Source of the DNA: Lophium mytilinum | Taxonomy: Eukaryota | NCBI GenBank assembly: GCA_010093605.1 | Contig: MU004184.1 | Coordinates: 2,242,801 to 2,306,800 of the forward strand | Direction of reading: 5' to 3' | DNA: 64,000 nt | In this document: positions 36,105 through 48,341 of the stretch, in pieces | Layout: every line of letters begins with the position of its first letter | Numbering within the stretch: the stretch's first letter is position 1 | The notes under the pieces: generated by a model | The model's input: the letters and a program-made list of their open reading frames with translations, nothing else | Databases searched by the model: none | Told to the model about the DNA's origin: nothing | Program-made: the position numbers and the translations under genes

Positions 36105-39100
36105 ATGTCCCGTTTCGCCATCCCAGAGTTCCCCGTCCTTCCTCTCTCACACCTCCCCATCATGGCGTGTCTGAATGCCGTGGCCACGGTACACGGCGTG
36201 CTATCAGAAGGCGCCCAGGATGCCACAGAGGACTCTTCTACTGCCTGCTCGAAGACTTTCCTGACTTTCATTACATCGCATTGCCCCACGCTCTTCAATA
36301 GCGTCGATCTGATGCATGCAGACCTCCCCGAGCGCATCGCATCCAAATCTTCCACCCAGCCAGGCAGAAAGAGATCTTCGCCTTCTCCAGGTTCTGAACC
36401 TTCCAGCTCGGCCCAGATCCCGGGAGCAGATGGGGATCTCAATCTTGTTGACGCCGGTATCGAATCGCCACAGAAAAGAAGACGGCTGAATACTACTGTT
36501 GCTAACACCGCTCACTATACCAGCATTGTTCTGGCCAGAATCTCCATAGATTTGGTATGTCGTTGTACTATTATTGAATCCCTCACTTCTAATACAATCC
36601 AGCATTTTCCAAACGACCCCTCGCTATTTTCCAACAAAGCTGTTTATGAACCTGTAGAGCTCTCTCTTCGGGACTTCATCCGGACCGAGAAAGAGCAGTT
36701 TTCTATCACCCTTCCAGCTGGCTCTGAGCCTGGAATTGTACTTACCGGCTCCTCGATTTCGCTAGATGAGATCGAGGACCACATGAAGAAGGCCTTGAAC
36801 CTCCCTTCGCCGAAAGGCAAGGCTGCACCTATCGCGTTCTCACGCTGTATCATCCAACCACCTCGAGGTTCCCGACCATGTTTCCGACTTGAGACTCAGA
36901 TTGGCTGGAATGTGGGGCTCTCAGTCGTCAATTCCACCGGCCGTCGAAGAGAGGCCATGAGGGACTATGAGCTTCTCAGTTATTATCTTCCCGTTGAATC
37001 CACCCGCGAATCTACTCCGTGGTCACTACAGGATTTTTACGAGACTGTTCATGTCCCTGCGATGGACCGCAAAGTTTCTTCTGCAATACAGACTCCACTG
37101 CTTGAGAGCAAGCTCTATCCATTCCAGCAGAGGGCCGTCGATTGGCTATTACGACGAGAGGGAGTAGAGTTCAATGGCCAAAGCCTAGCGCCTTATCAAG
37201 CATTTGACAAAGCCAATATCCTTCCAGCTTCCTTTCACGAGAGTAAAGACGCCATGGGTACTCGGTGTTACGTTAGCCATTCAAGAGGTCTGGTCATGAC
37301 GGAAATGCCTTCATTTCAAGATCTGCGCGGAGGTATTCTTGCCGAGGAAATGGGCCTGGGAAAGACGGTCGAGCTCATTGCTTTAATCTGCCTCCACACC
37401 CGCACAATGCCCACAGTACCCCATTTTGTCGACCAAATCACTGGAAACGATGTCACGGCTTCTGGTAGCACCTTGATCATCACCCCCAATTCGATCCTGC
37501 AGCAGTGGAAAAACGAGCTCAGCATTCATGCCCCTCATCTGAAAGTATTCCACTACCAAGGCCTGCCAACGGGATCGGCAGACAAACCAGGCCAAAGCCC
37601 GACCGTAGACCAGCTGTTAGAGTACGATGTGGTCTTAACGACATATTACGTTCTTTCCAAGGAGATCCATTACGCCAACGCACCGCCGAAGCGAATCATG
37701 CGACACGAGAGGAGGTTCGAACTACGCCGGAGCCCCTTGGTCCAGATATCGTGGTGGCGTGTTTGTCTTGACGAGGCTCAGATGGTGGAAAGCGGAGTTA
37801 GCAATGCTGCAACCGTGGCCAAGCAGATTCCTCGTTGCAACGCTTGGGCAGTTTCCGGTACTCCACTGCGCAAGGATGTCCAGGATCTTCGCGGACTCCT
37901 CATATTCCTGCGATACGAACCCTACGCTAGCTCCAAACAACATTGGAGTCGGGTTGACAAAGCGACGTTCAAGCAGATCTTTGGTCGCATCGCGATGCGC
38001 CACACAAAAGACAAGATCCGACATGAGCTGAGGCTGCCTCCTCAAAAGCGAGTAGTCATCACCGTTCCATTTACCACCATCGAGGAGCAGAATTACTCCG
38101 AATTGATCAAGCAAATGTGCCAGGCTTGTGGCTTTTCATCAGATGGAGACTTCTTGGACGAGCAAGGGAACCCGTGGGATCCGACTGTCCTCGAGAAGAT
38201 GCGTGAGTGGCTGGTGCGTCTCAGGCAGACCTGTTTGCATGCTCAGGTTGGCCGTCGAAACCGCAGGGCGCTTGGTCGCGGCAATGCCCCGCTCCGCACT
38301 GTCGAGGAAGTTCTGGAGGTCATGATCGAGCAGAACGACACTCTGGCAAAAGCTGGAGAGCGTGAAGTGATTCTCTTATCGCTAGGAAAAGGTCATGCTC
38401 TCGGAAACGTCAAGTTTCACGAGATGCGCAGTGTGAGAGCACAAGAAGTGTATCTTGAGGCCCTGAAGGAGGCGAGCCGATTCGTTCAAGAATGTCGAGA
38501 CGAGCTGGAGGCCGAGATTGTGAAGCAGGGGACTGCATCCATCGCGAGGGGCCGTTCTGTCTCCGTTGCCGCTGACCAAGAAAGTGATGGCGACGGTGAA
38601 GACAAGAACAAACAAGACGAGGGATCCGATCGCCTTGCGCGACTGGCCACCATCAAGAAGAGCCTTCGATCTGCACTGGAACTGGAGCACGCCTGCAATT
38701 TCTTCGTCGGCACATCCTACTTCCAAATCAAAGAAAACAAGACCTTGACGGTGCCTGACTCTGAAGAGTTCCATCAGCTGGAAAAGTCGGAGACGGAGTA
38801 CTACGCGAACGCAAAGGCCATCCGGAAAGAGCTGCTTCGCGAGTCACAAGAAAGCGCGATGAGGCGAATGAAGAAGATCGAGGCAAAGGTAGAGAAAGAG
38901 AAATTCGCGAAAGTGCCGCACATCAAAGAACTGGCCGACTATGGAGGGATCGAGAACCGCAAGGTGCTAGACATGATGGATCGACTCAGCGATGTGATGA
39001 ACGAACAGACCGCGCAAATTGACGAATGGAGGATGAAAGTAGTCAGCATCCTACTTCTGCCGCTCGTCGATGAAGATGAGGGCAAGGAAACTACCGGAGA

Positions 39101-40946
39101 TGAATACGAGGACTCCACCAAGGTCCAAGACGATCTCTACGTCTACATCGCTGCTCTTAGAGCGATTCTTGCGGATAGGAACCTTGCCATCACCGGATTG
39201 AGTAACGAGTTGATCGACCACGAGATGCGAACTTCAAAGAAAATGGCACTTGAAGGCAAAGGACACGCCCCAGAGCTTACTTTGAAGATAATGGACATCC
39301 GCGACAAGCTGAAACCCAACGCACAGGACGGATCCCTCAAAGGAGCAATCTCGTCGGTTCGGACCCTGGTGACGAATCTTCAATGGCAAGCAGATGGTGG
39401 AAACGACCGCGCTCGAACCGAGTTGAAGATTGTCGAGAAAGAACTAGCTCAAATCCAGGCGATTTCAACCGCGCAGACAAAAGCACTAGCGGAACTGGAG
39501 AAGGAGCAAGAGCTGTTCCGGACGACGATGAACCGACGACTGGAGTTCTATCGTCAACTGCAGCATATCTCAGATACCGTGGCTCCATGGAAAGAGGAGA
39601 TGGACGAGCAGCTAGATGTGGTCGCTCTCGCAAGACAGCAGAAACTAGAAGTGACAGCGAAGAACAGCTTAGCCAGGACTAAAGCCAAGCAGCGGTTCTT
39701 GCTCCATTTGCGTGAAGAGAACAAGCAAGAGGGCGAGCGAATCTGCGTCATCTGCCAGAGCGAGTTTGAGAATGGAGTGTTGACCATCTGTGGACATCAG
39801 TTCTGCAAAGAGTGCATACAGGAGTGGTATAAGGCTCACCGCACATGCCCAGTAAGTCACATACTTTTAGTTTGAGTTCTGCGGCTAATACGAAAGATTC
39901 AGATCTGCAAGCGGAGGCTACATAATAACGATTTCCACGACATCACGTACAAACCCCAAGAGATTAGGGCACAAGAGGAAACGCATGAAAACGAAAGCCA
40001 GTCGCTACCATCGTCTCCTGGATCAGCACAGAGCTCTATCTACTCTGACATCAGCAGCACCGTCATGAACGAAATCAAGAGCATTGATCTTCCAGGAGCG
40101 TCATACGGAACAAAGGTGGACACGATTGCAAGACACTTGCTTTGGATCCGTAAGAACGACCCTGGGGCTAGATCCATCATCTTTTCCCAGTTCAGCGACT
40201 TCCTCGACGTACTGCGAAAAGCATTCGAGTCTTGGAAAATCGGCTGCAGCAGTATTGGCGAGAAGCACGGCATCGAGAAGTTCAAGGCAGACGCTAGCAC
40301 CGAATGTTTCCTCCTGGATGCCAAGTCGGACTCGTCTGGCCTGAATCTCGTCAACGCGACGTATGTCTTCCTCTGCGAACCACTCATCAACCCGGCCATC
40401 GAGCTCCAAGCGATAGCGCGAGTCCACAGGATTGGACAAGAACGACCCACGACGGTGTACATGTATCTGGTCAGCGACACGGTGGAAGAGGCTATCTACG
40501 ACATCTCCGTCTCGCGACGGCTAGAGCATATGAGTCAAGGACGAAAGGCAGCTTCCAGCGAATCGAGCTCGGGTACAGCCACGCCGAGTCTCCAGGAGAA
40601 CGCGATTGATGCGGCGAACTCGCTGGAGCTACAGCAGGCGCCACTCAAGCAGCTGATGCGCAAGAAGGGCGACGGGGAGGTTGTCGGGCAGGACGATCTG
40701 TGGAAGTGTTTGTTTGGTAAGCCGCGGAAGCACCAGACGGAGCCAAGCGAAGCGGCACAAGCGCAGGTGGATCGTCATTTGAGGGCAACGGCGGCGGAGG
40801 GGAGGGCTACAGCAGGGGAGGGTAGAGCTACGGTAGGGGAGGGTAGAGCTACGGTAGAGGAGGGCAGGACTGAAGCAGCGCGCAGCAGGTTGACGACTTG
40901 GTCCACCCCTGTGATCCGTTCGCTGTACTACAATACTCGCGAGTAG
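36105..40946 (+). CDS. IRC20: SNF2-family helicase with RING finger, Irc20/SHPRH-like (start codon uncertain; introns ~36555-36602 and 39852-39902)
   Basis: GGILAEEMGLGKTVE, WWRVCLDEAQMVE, AVSGTP, RING CVIC...CGHQFCKEC...CP|IC, IIFSQF, GLNLVNA and QAIARVHRIGQ. Confidence 0.9.
40782..40871 (+). repeat. 21-bp coding minisatellite (about 4.3 copies; RAT-x-x-EG)
   Basis: agggcaacggcggcggagggg / agggctacagcaggggagggt / agagctacggtaggggagggt / agagctacggtagaggagggc. Confidence 0.9.
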
Positions 40947-41113
40947 TTGGGCGTATGAGAGGGCGGAGTGTTCTGGGCGGATCTGGCTATGATTTATAGG
41001 AGTATATTAGCTGATCTGTCTAGATGTGGATGGGATCTAGGATCAATGATCATGCATATGTGGCGTCTGATTGTAGCGCTTGTAGATGTATCTGCTTATT
41101 CCCCTGCTCTTTC

Positions 41114-41550
41114 AGTCGTATAGTGTAGACCGTCGGTGTTGATCTTGCTTGCCCGCAATTCACTCGTTAATTACTTATGAAAAAACCCCACTAAGGACAC
41201 ACAAGGGTGTTTATTTCTTAGTCTCCCAATCTTGGGTGTGGTCTACCTGTGCTGCTCTTGTACGCCGTTAATACCCTTGATTACACAAACCAAATAACCC
41301 CAAAAAAAACTTCTCAGCTGTTGCTTGGATTTGAACTAGACTTGAGGCCCTAGTTCGAGTCCGAGTGCAGTTGAGGAGCTTTTTGTCCTTTTCCCTTTTT
41401 TAGGGGGTGGAAAACCCGTTTAGCCCCTCGCACGCCTTGCAGCTAGAGGGCTGCTTAAGCTGGTTGTAGCCTTAAGCAAGGCTCTGCGAAATATCTTGAA
41501 TATAGTACTGTGGTCAAATACATTTTTGGTGATGCCAAGCCCTTTATCAC
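41114..41550 (+). ncRNA. Putative structured non-coding RNA or structured UTR element, family unknown
   Basis: A 29-bp hairpin at 41310-41378 in which every non-Watson-Crick pair is G-U on the + strand, additional stems, a three-way junction at 41428-41489 and an Sm-like ATTTTTGG at 41522-41529. No ORF. Confidence 0.5.
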
Positions 41551-42578
41551 GTGATGTATCGCAATCGAAGCGTTGTAAACGAACGCCAGCCTTTGGATGT
41601 AGCTCAGGGTTCTTATTACGGAAAGGTAGCAGTCTACGAACCCTACCTAGAGCTCTCTACTAATGCACGAAGGGAGGCCGTACCGTTGATTCAGTTTCAG
41701 CTCACCAAACCCAACTTTTGGTCAGCACGATCGGCCCAATTTCTAGTTCATATCTCACGCCAAACTAGGTCTCATACCTCGTAAATACGCGTCCAACCGG
41801 AGGATAGCGGGGAAAGTTGCCTACGCAGCGGCAGCTCAGTGACGGGCCCAGAACTCACAAGGCGACGGGTTCGGGACTCTGCCACGATGCACAAGCTTTT
41901 GCTAAGGGCGAGCTTGGCGGGGCTTGATTTGCGAGGGGAATTGTGGGGACGGCTGGGACTGGGGCCCCGACGGCGGCGTGTCGTTTCGCTGCTTTTGTGT
42001 TGGCTGCGTGTCGCGTGCTGTCATCTGTCACCGTGTCACCCAAGTCTGTCCGCCGTCCGAAGGCTCCGGCGCCGCGGTGGTGGAGAGCGTAGGGAGAGAG
42101 GGGAGCTGAGGTTGAAGCGGAAGAGGGTGCTGAGTCGATGGCTGCGGTGTAAGGTGTGAGAGAAGCACGACGTCGAGGATCCGGCGAAGAGATTCCTGCA
42201 CGTTTTCCTGCCTGTGTCGGTGGCACGAATGCTTTCACATTTAGAGGCACGCCAGGCTGAGCTTGTGCCCGAGAAGGAGCGCCAGCGCAGCGGACGGCCA
42301 ATGGGAGGACGGCCGTGGTCGACGCAAGCTTTTCTTGGTGTCATTCCAATGACAGGGGCCATATTCCATCCCATCCCCTCCCGCCGTCGCTCTCAGCTGT
42401 GAAGAACGACCATTGACAACTTCTGACCCTCTTTCCCACTGCTCCCTCGATACAGACACGAGACGCGACCACCTCCTCGCTCTTTACCACGACGCCCTGC
42501 TACCAACGCTCTATACAGCTCCCCACGAGTCTCCCGTTGACTGTCTTTTAAACTGCGGGCTCTCAAGTCCCAACGTTC

Positions 42579-42591
42579 CTTGGCAGCCAAG
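42579..42591. promoter_or_regulatory. Inverted pair of PacC/Rim101 consensus sites (CTTGGC-A-GCCAAG) upstream of palF
   Basis: GCCARG on both strands, 1 bp apart. Further GCCARG matches at 41534, 41913 (minus) and 42251. Confidence 0.4.
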
Positions 42592-43054
42592 CAGCAGCGA
42601 ACTGCCCAGGTGCTTGTCTCGGCATCAACGACATCGTGCATCCGTAAGTGCTCCGCCTCGTTTTCCCCAGACGTCGTGCGCGTCCAAAGGACAATCCGAC
42701 TTGCTGCTTTCTGTCGCCCGCAACATGGGCCAAATGCACCCTCTCTCCGCCGCCCGAGTCCAGACCCTACGACGACACCACCTCGAGTCTGCCAGCCGGC
42801 TTCTTCTTGTCCTGCTGTCGCCAATTGCCGCACTGCGAGGACACAGCCAGACCCGTCGCTGACAGCAACACAGCAACTCTAGCAAAAGCATCTCCCTCGC
42901 GCTTCAGTCGCCGTTACAGCCCCGGCATCCTGTTACGCTTGCGTGGCCGCGACCCCTCCAACCCCACCTATACCTCCACGTCGACAACCTCCCTCTCGAG
43001 TCTCTCGGGCTATTCGACGCGGCTAGCCGCATCATGTAAACGGCGCATAGGAGC

Positions 43055-45469
43055 ATGAATCCCCCCGCTGCCCATCCCTCGCCCGCGCACACCTCGACGC
43101 CCACCCGATCGCTGCTCTCCCGCCTAAAGTCGCCCCTGCAGTCCAAGACGCGCAACTTCACCGAGTTCTACATCCAGGCCGACGACCCGCATCGCCGATA
43201 CACCCCGGGCGATGTCATAACCGGGAGCGTGATCCTGAAGGTGTTGAAGCCGTTCCGGGTCACCCATCTCGTGGTTTCGCTGCATGGGTACGTGCAGGTC
43301 TTCAAGAACCCGAACTCGCCCGGGGATGGATTGCGCAGTTACAGCAGCACCATCGCGTTGGGCAAGGGGAAGAAGGGAGGGAGCTATTTCGGGAATGGCT
43401 TTGCGTCGCTTTTCGAGGACGAGTACGTGTGTTGTGGTGAAGGGAGGCTCGCTGAGGGAGTCTACCATTTCAACTTCGAGCTGGAGTTCCCGTCGAAGGG
43501 GCTGCCGAGCAGCATTGATGTGCGTACTCTCGAATTGGCATTTGGACATCACTGACAAGCCTAGTTTGAGCGCGGCACTGTGTCGTATATGCTGACTTCG
43601 ACGCTGACTCGACCCACGACCATCTCCCCCACCACCTCCTGCGACACCAAGGTCTACCTCATCGAGACTATTGACATTGCGCCCATCCACGACCCGAAAC
43701 CGCGGACAATCACGCTGGAGGCAGTCTCGCGCGGATCGAGGAAGAAGAGGAGCGTCAAGACGGTCGCATCGACATTCAAGTCCCCCCCAAAGAGCTCCGA
43801 CACCTCCGAACCCGCCCGGAATAGCAGGGTGTCCGAGCTGGGCAGTGTGACGGAAGAGAGTGACACGCCCGAAAGCCCCTCGCCCAGCGACGTTAGTTTC
43901 GACAGTCAGCTCAGCAGTGGCGGCGGGACCGAGTACGGGGTGCGGTCTGTGGCCACTGCTGACAGCGCCACGGTCTGTGGGAGCAAGCTGTCGCTACGAG
44001 GGAAGTCCATTACGGCGAAGATCGAGATCGCGAAAGGTGGCTTCCTGCGCGGAGACAACATACCGGTCAAGATATCGGTCGAGCACACCAAGCACATCAA
44101 GAGCGTGCGGGGCATCATCGTCACGTTGTACAGGCAAGCCCGCGTCGACATGCACCCGGCTTTACCCGTTGCGCCTCACAGCAAGGGCGACAAGACCAAA
44201 TCGGAGGACTACTACCCGAAGTCGAGGACGGGGCTTGGCGGCTTGTCCTTGTCTTCCGCTGGGTCTAGCCACTTGTTTCGGAAGGACCTGTCTCAGTCTT
44301 ACGCGCCGCTCTACGTGGATCCAAAGACACTCACAGCCGAGGTGAAGTGTTCGGTCAGGGTTCCAGACGAAGCGTTCCCGACCATCTCGTCCGTTCCCGG
44401 TGCCATGATCAGCTTCAAGTACTACGTTGAGGTGGTGGTTGATCTGCAAGGCAAATTGACCGGCCTCGACAAATATTTCTCGAACAGCGGTCTTCTCAGC
44501 GTGCCGAACATGTACGGCAACACCCCAGAGATGGGACGGGCCGAGGACGCCAATGGGAGCATCTTCGCTGCGTGGGGCGGCAACTTCATCGACACTGAGT
44601 CTATTCGACGGGACAAGAGCGTCGTCTGCTCTGTTTTCGAGGTTGTCATTGGCACGAAAGACAGCGATCGGAATGGCAAGAGGAGGCAACAGGCACCCCC
44701 GGAAGTCGAGCCGAGCGTTGTCCAGGACCCAATACAAAACACTCACCACATTCCCCTGGCGGCTGGCGATCCACGATACTATCCTTCCCTCGAGGAGCAG
44801 GAGTACTACGGATACGAGCATCAAGACCATTATTACGGGAACTACGCTCCGGGCGAGGGCTATCAAGAGGGTGACTACCACGATGGCCAGTACTACGACG
44901 AATATGACGACATGCTACGTACTTCACACTTCCCGCCCCCGAATCCCGAACAGGAGGAAGAACTGCCGGAGAAAGAGCGGTTACGAAGAGCAGAAGCACG
45001 GCTATTACCGAGTCAGCCGCCTGAAGCTCCAGGAACGTCTGCTCAAGCCTCCCATATCATTCCACCCTCGGCGCCAGCCATTCCAGAAGACGATGCGCCG
45101 TATCACCCTAGTCCACAGCACCGGAATTACGAAGACGACAATATACCGGGTCGCTCTAACCTTTCTGGGCCGCCAATGCCATCAACGCCGTCTACAGTCA
45201 TCGCCGCCCCTCAATCCAACAGCCAGCTCGCACCGAGCTACTCCCCGCCCTCCTTGAACTCAGCACATCATCCGCACACGGAAGACAAGCAGGAGCTTCA
45301 GCGCCGGCGGTTGGAGATGGAACGAAGCGACCCCAACGACGTGCCAGACGATATGGGAGAAGCGAGCCGGTCACCTCACCCGGTCGTCGCTCCCTCGGCG
45401 CCTGTGCTGGACGAAGAGGACTTGGGCCAGCAGGCGGGGCATTCGGATCTACCGCGGTATGAACGGTGA
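43055..45469 (+). CDS. palF: pH-response arrestin PalF/Rim8 (intron 43520-43564)
   Basis: Arrestin N/C domains (PHRRYTPGD, LPSSID|FERGTVSY, EDYYPKSRTGLGGLSLSSAGS, ISFKYYVEV); EKERLRRAEARLLPSQPP; C-terminal PSAP...LPRYER. Confidence 0.93.
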
Positions 45470-46930
45470 TGATTTCGGGAGAGTCATTCGGCGCTGGTGG
45501 GGAAATGGCGTTTTGATCTTTAGCATTTGTTCGGCGATTTAAAACTTCATTTACGCATCGGGGGTTTTGGGTTGGGGGATGGCGTTTCAGATACTCGCGT
45601 GGATAGGTTGTTGCTTAGAGAAAGGGGCTGATAGGAGTAGAGAGGAGAATAGATACCCGAAGCCTGGGAGCTGAATGCACCGTATTATTATCGTTCGTCA
45701 TGGATCTGTCTCCGCTGCGTCTGCGTGCGAGGCTTCTCACCGTTCATCCCTTGTGCTCTGTTTCTTCGTCTGTTTGTCGGGCCACATGACCCCCCTTGTC
45801 GTGAAGGATCACGGGGCTCACGTGCTGGCCGTCCGATTTTTTTGCTGGGGAGGTATAAAACCCCGTCCCCCCTCCTCGTTTGTGTCGTTCTGCAGAGAGG
45901 GATTGGGAGCGGGCTCGATCAAAAAGCACACTCAGCAACTAATCATGGTCTGGTCGAGCCTGCGGGGAGTGGGATCAAAAGCGGCTGGTTCTGCCCGTGT
46001 ATGTGGGTGCTGGCTGCTGGAGGGTGGTGTCAAAACCCATGTATCGTACTCTCAATGGTGCGGTGGGTGGGGGAGTGGTGTTCAAAATTGGCAGCACCCA
46101 AACATCATGGGGTGGGTGGAGAGGGCGTGCTCGCAACATCACGCGTAGGAGTATGGTATGGAGAGAGGGGGAGAAGGGGTGGTGTTCAACAATGCAAAGA
46201 TGGACGAGATGATGTGGGGGGAGGAGGTGGGAGTAGTATCGTTGCTGATGATGTGAATTGGGGTGGGAAAGTGGTGGACAGCTTCAACCTAGATGCTATA
46301 TGAAAGGTGGAGCGCCTTGCTGGTTATCAGCGGGACGAGGAAGATGGTGAATACGAAGTGTGGAGGGAAGAGATGATTAGCATCATCAAGCTGGCTTCGA
46401 ATCGAGAGCACCACTCCTTCCCCCACCATAAGTACTTGAAGAGTCTCTGTTTGAACTTGAAGTTCTCTTCCTCTTCCATGAAAGCTCTTTTCCATCGTTT
46501 TGGATTCAATTCCTCCAGCGGCCATGTGAAAGTTCTCGTCCTCCGGTTTGAACCCCCATTCTAGACACCTCTGATCAAAGGAAGTCCTGGTGAGCTCGAG
46601 ACATGAGATTTATACCTAGCGAAGGGAAGAAATTTAGCAGCGATCACGGGACTCACGTGCTTCACACCGCCTAGCCATCTCAGTCTCAAAGAAAGAATAC
46701 CACGTTGAAGATTCTACAGCCGATGCTCTACATCCGAATCTACCCTGCCAGCTCCTCTACGTCTTTTCTTTTCAACCCCAATGTCAAATGAACGAGTGCC
46801 TCAGATCTTATACATAAAAGCAATGATCAAGGAAAGAATAAAAACAACTACACAAGAAGAGAAACCCACCTCGCCTCGATCTCAGACGAGGCCCATCCAT
46901 TCCAACGTTCTACCACCTCGCAGGGAACCC

Positions 46931-48341
46931 CTACGAAGCAGCAAAAGTGCTGTTCAGCGCACCCCACTTAATGTTCGAGTAAGTGACCTGCGAATCGCCC
47001 TCACTCGCCTCAATGTCACTCGGCACGCCCGAAGTCGTCGCACACGTTCCTCTCGCAACACCAGGGGTGCTCGCATCCTTGTCTGTCGGGTAGCTCGAAT
47101 CCAACCACAGCATGTTAACCGCATGGTCATCCCACACGCTCAACGCCAGCACCATACCACGGCTCAGCGAAGCGCCCATCGCAGCCAGACCACCGAGTTT
47201 CTCAAAGCTGTTGGTATCGCCGAACGCCGTCTTCTGCTGGTTGCAGTATTTGTCGGTGATGCTGTTGACGGCGTCCACGCCGGTGATGCTGACGGCGGAG
47301 TTCGCGATCACTTTCCCGCCCTGCACGTAGAAGCGCTTGATCTCGTTCAGCGGGCTGCCGATGAACTGCGTGACGACCGTGAACTTGGAGGCCGTGTCGA
47401 CGGTGCCGCCGGGCCCGTAGAAGGTCTTGTCACCCATGCGGTAGGAGTTGAAGTCGCAGCCGTCTTTGTCGCAGATGCCGTCGTGGCGCTCGTCGCCGTC
47501 GCCGCAGTCGGTGCCTGAGCAGCGCGTTTGCCCGTCGACCGAGCATACGTGGGGGGTGTAGGCGGCTGAGATGGAGTTGGCTTCCCAGATGTCCATTTCG
47601 TTGCAGCAGGAGCCGTAGGTGCCGGAGCCGGCGTTGGCGTCGTTGGTGGAGGGTGCCCAGCCTTCTACGTTGGCCTTTTACAATTAGTATGCGATGGTTT
47701 GAGAGTGGGAGTTGGTAGTGGCTTACCTCGCCGTCAATGAACTTAATGTCATGGGGGCACTGGGTATCGCAGTATCCGGTACCGTACTTAGCACCCGCCT
47801 TGTTGGTAGGGTATTTGGCCATGCCGCCATCTTCGTCCATCTCAATAAGGTAGAGAGCGCCGTTCAATCCGCAAGGCAGCTTAGAAACGTCGACGTCGAA
47901 CGAGAACTCTTGGTTTACCAGCTTGAACATCTGGTACTTGGTGTCGGACGCCAGAAGGTACATCCGGGAACCAATGTTCTTCGAGTAGGAGCCATCGGTG
48001 ACGAACTTGAGGGTGAGAGCATTCCCGCTGGCAGTAACACCATATGTGGCGGCATAGTCGGCTCCATCGAGGGCGCAGTTGGCAGCACAAGTAGCGCCAT
48101 CCGGGCAAATAGTTGTGTTCCATTCATTGCCGGTGTAGCAGTTGGTGTAGCCGGATGTGGTGTGCAGCCATCTCCAGTTGGCATCCATAGTGACCTTGGT
48201 GGCGACAGTCGAGCATGATCCAGCAGCTGTGCAGCTCTGCGCGGGAAGCGAAGGATGCGTCTCGGTTGTCAAAGTCCCTGCCTGCTGGCCTGAAGCCACG
48301 GCGGCGAGGACGGAAGAAACGAAGGCAGTCTTGGAAAACAT
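46931..48341 (-). CDS. cbh1: Glycoside hydrolase family 7 cellobiohydrolase I, no CBM1 (1 intron ~47676-47726)
   Basis: Signal peptide plus [23 protein letters not shown], catalytic [23 protein letters not shown] and [10 protein letters not shown]; ends directly after SNIKWG...STF. Confidence 0.95.

Noticed and set aside
41139..41175. TGATCTTGCTTG...CAATT...GTTAAT resembles the start of a dicistrovirus IGR IRES as I remember it
   Set aside because: Short match from memory. The expected pairings and a downstream ORF are not evident, so it is treated as coincidence.
41290..41305. Telomerase RNA template
   Set aside because: TAACCCCAA is not the TAACCCTAA needed for TTAGGG repeats, so a TER call is not supported from sequence alone.
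41330..41375. tRNA-like GTTCGAGTCC (T-loop/B-box) motif
   Set aside because: No cloverleaf, A-box or anticodon arm. The motif is fully paired within the long hairpin.
41401..41440. Resemblance of TAGGGGGTGGAAAAC to the 5' part of fungal 5S rRNA
   Set aside because: The match is about 15 nt only, and the rest of a 5S sequence is absent.
45850..46570. TATA box plus ATG (45945) and short ORFs downstream of palF
   Set aside because: No convincing spliced product or protein motif on either strand.
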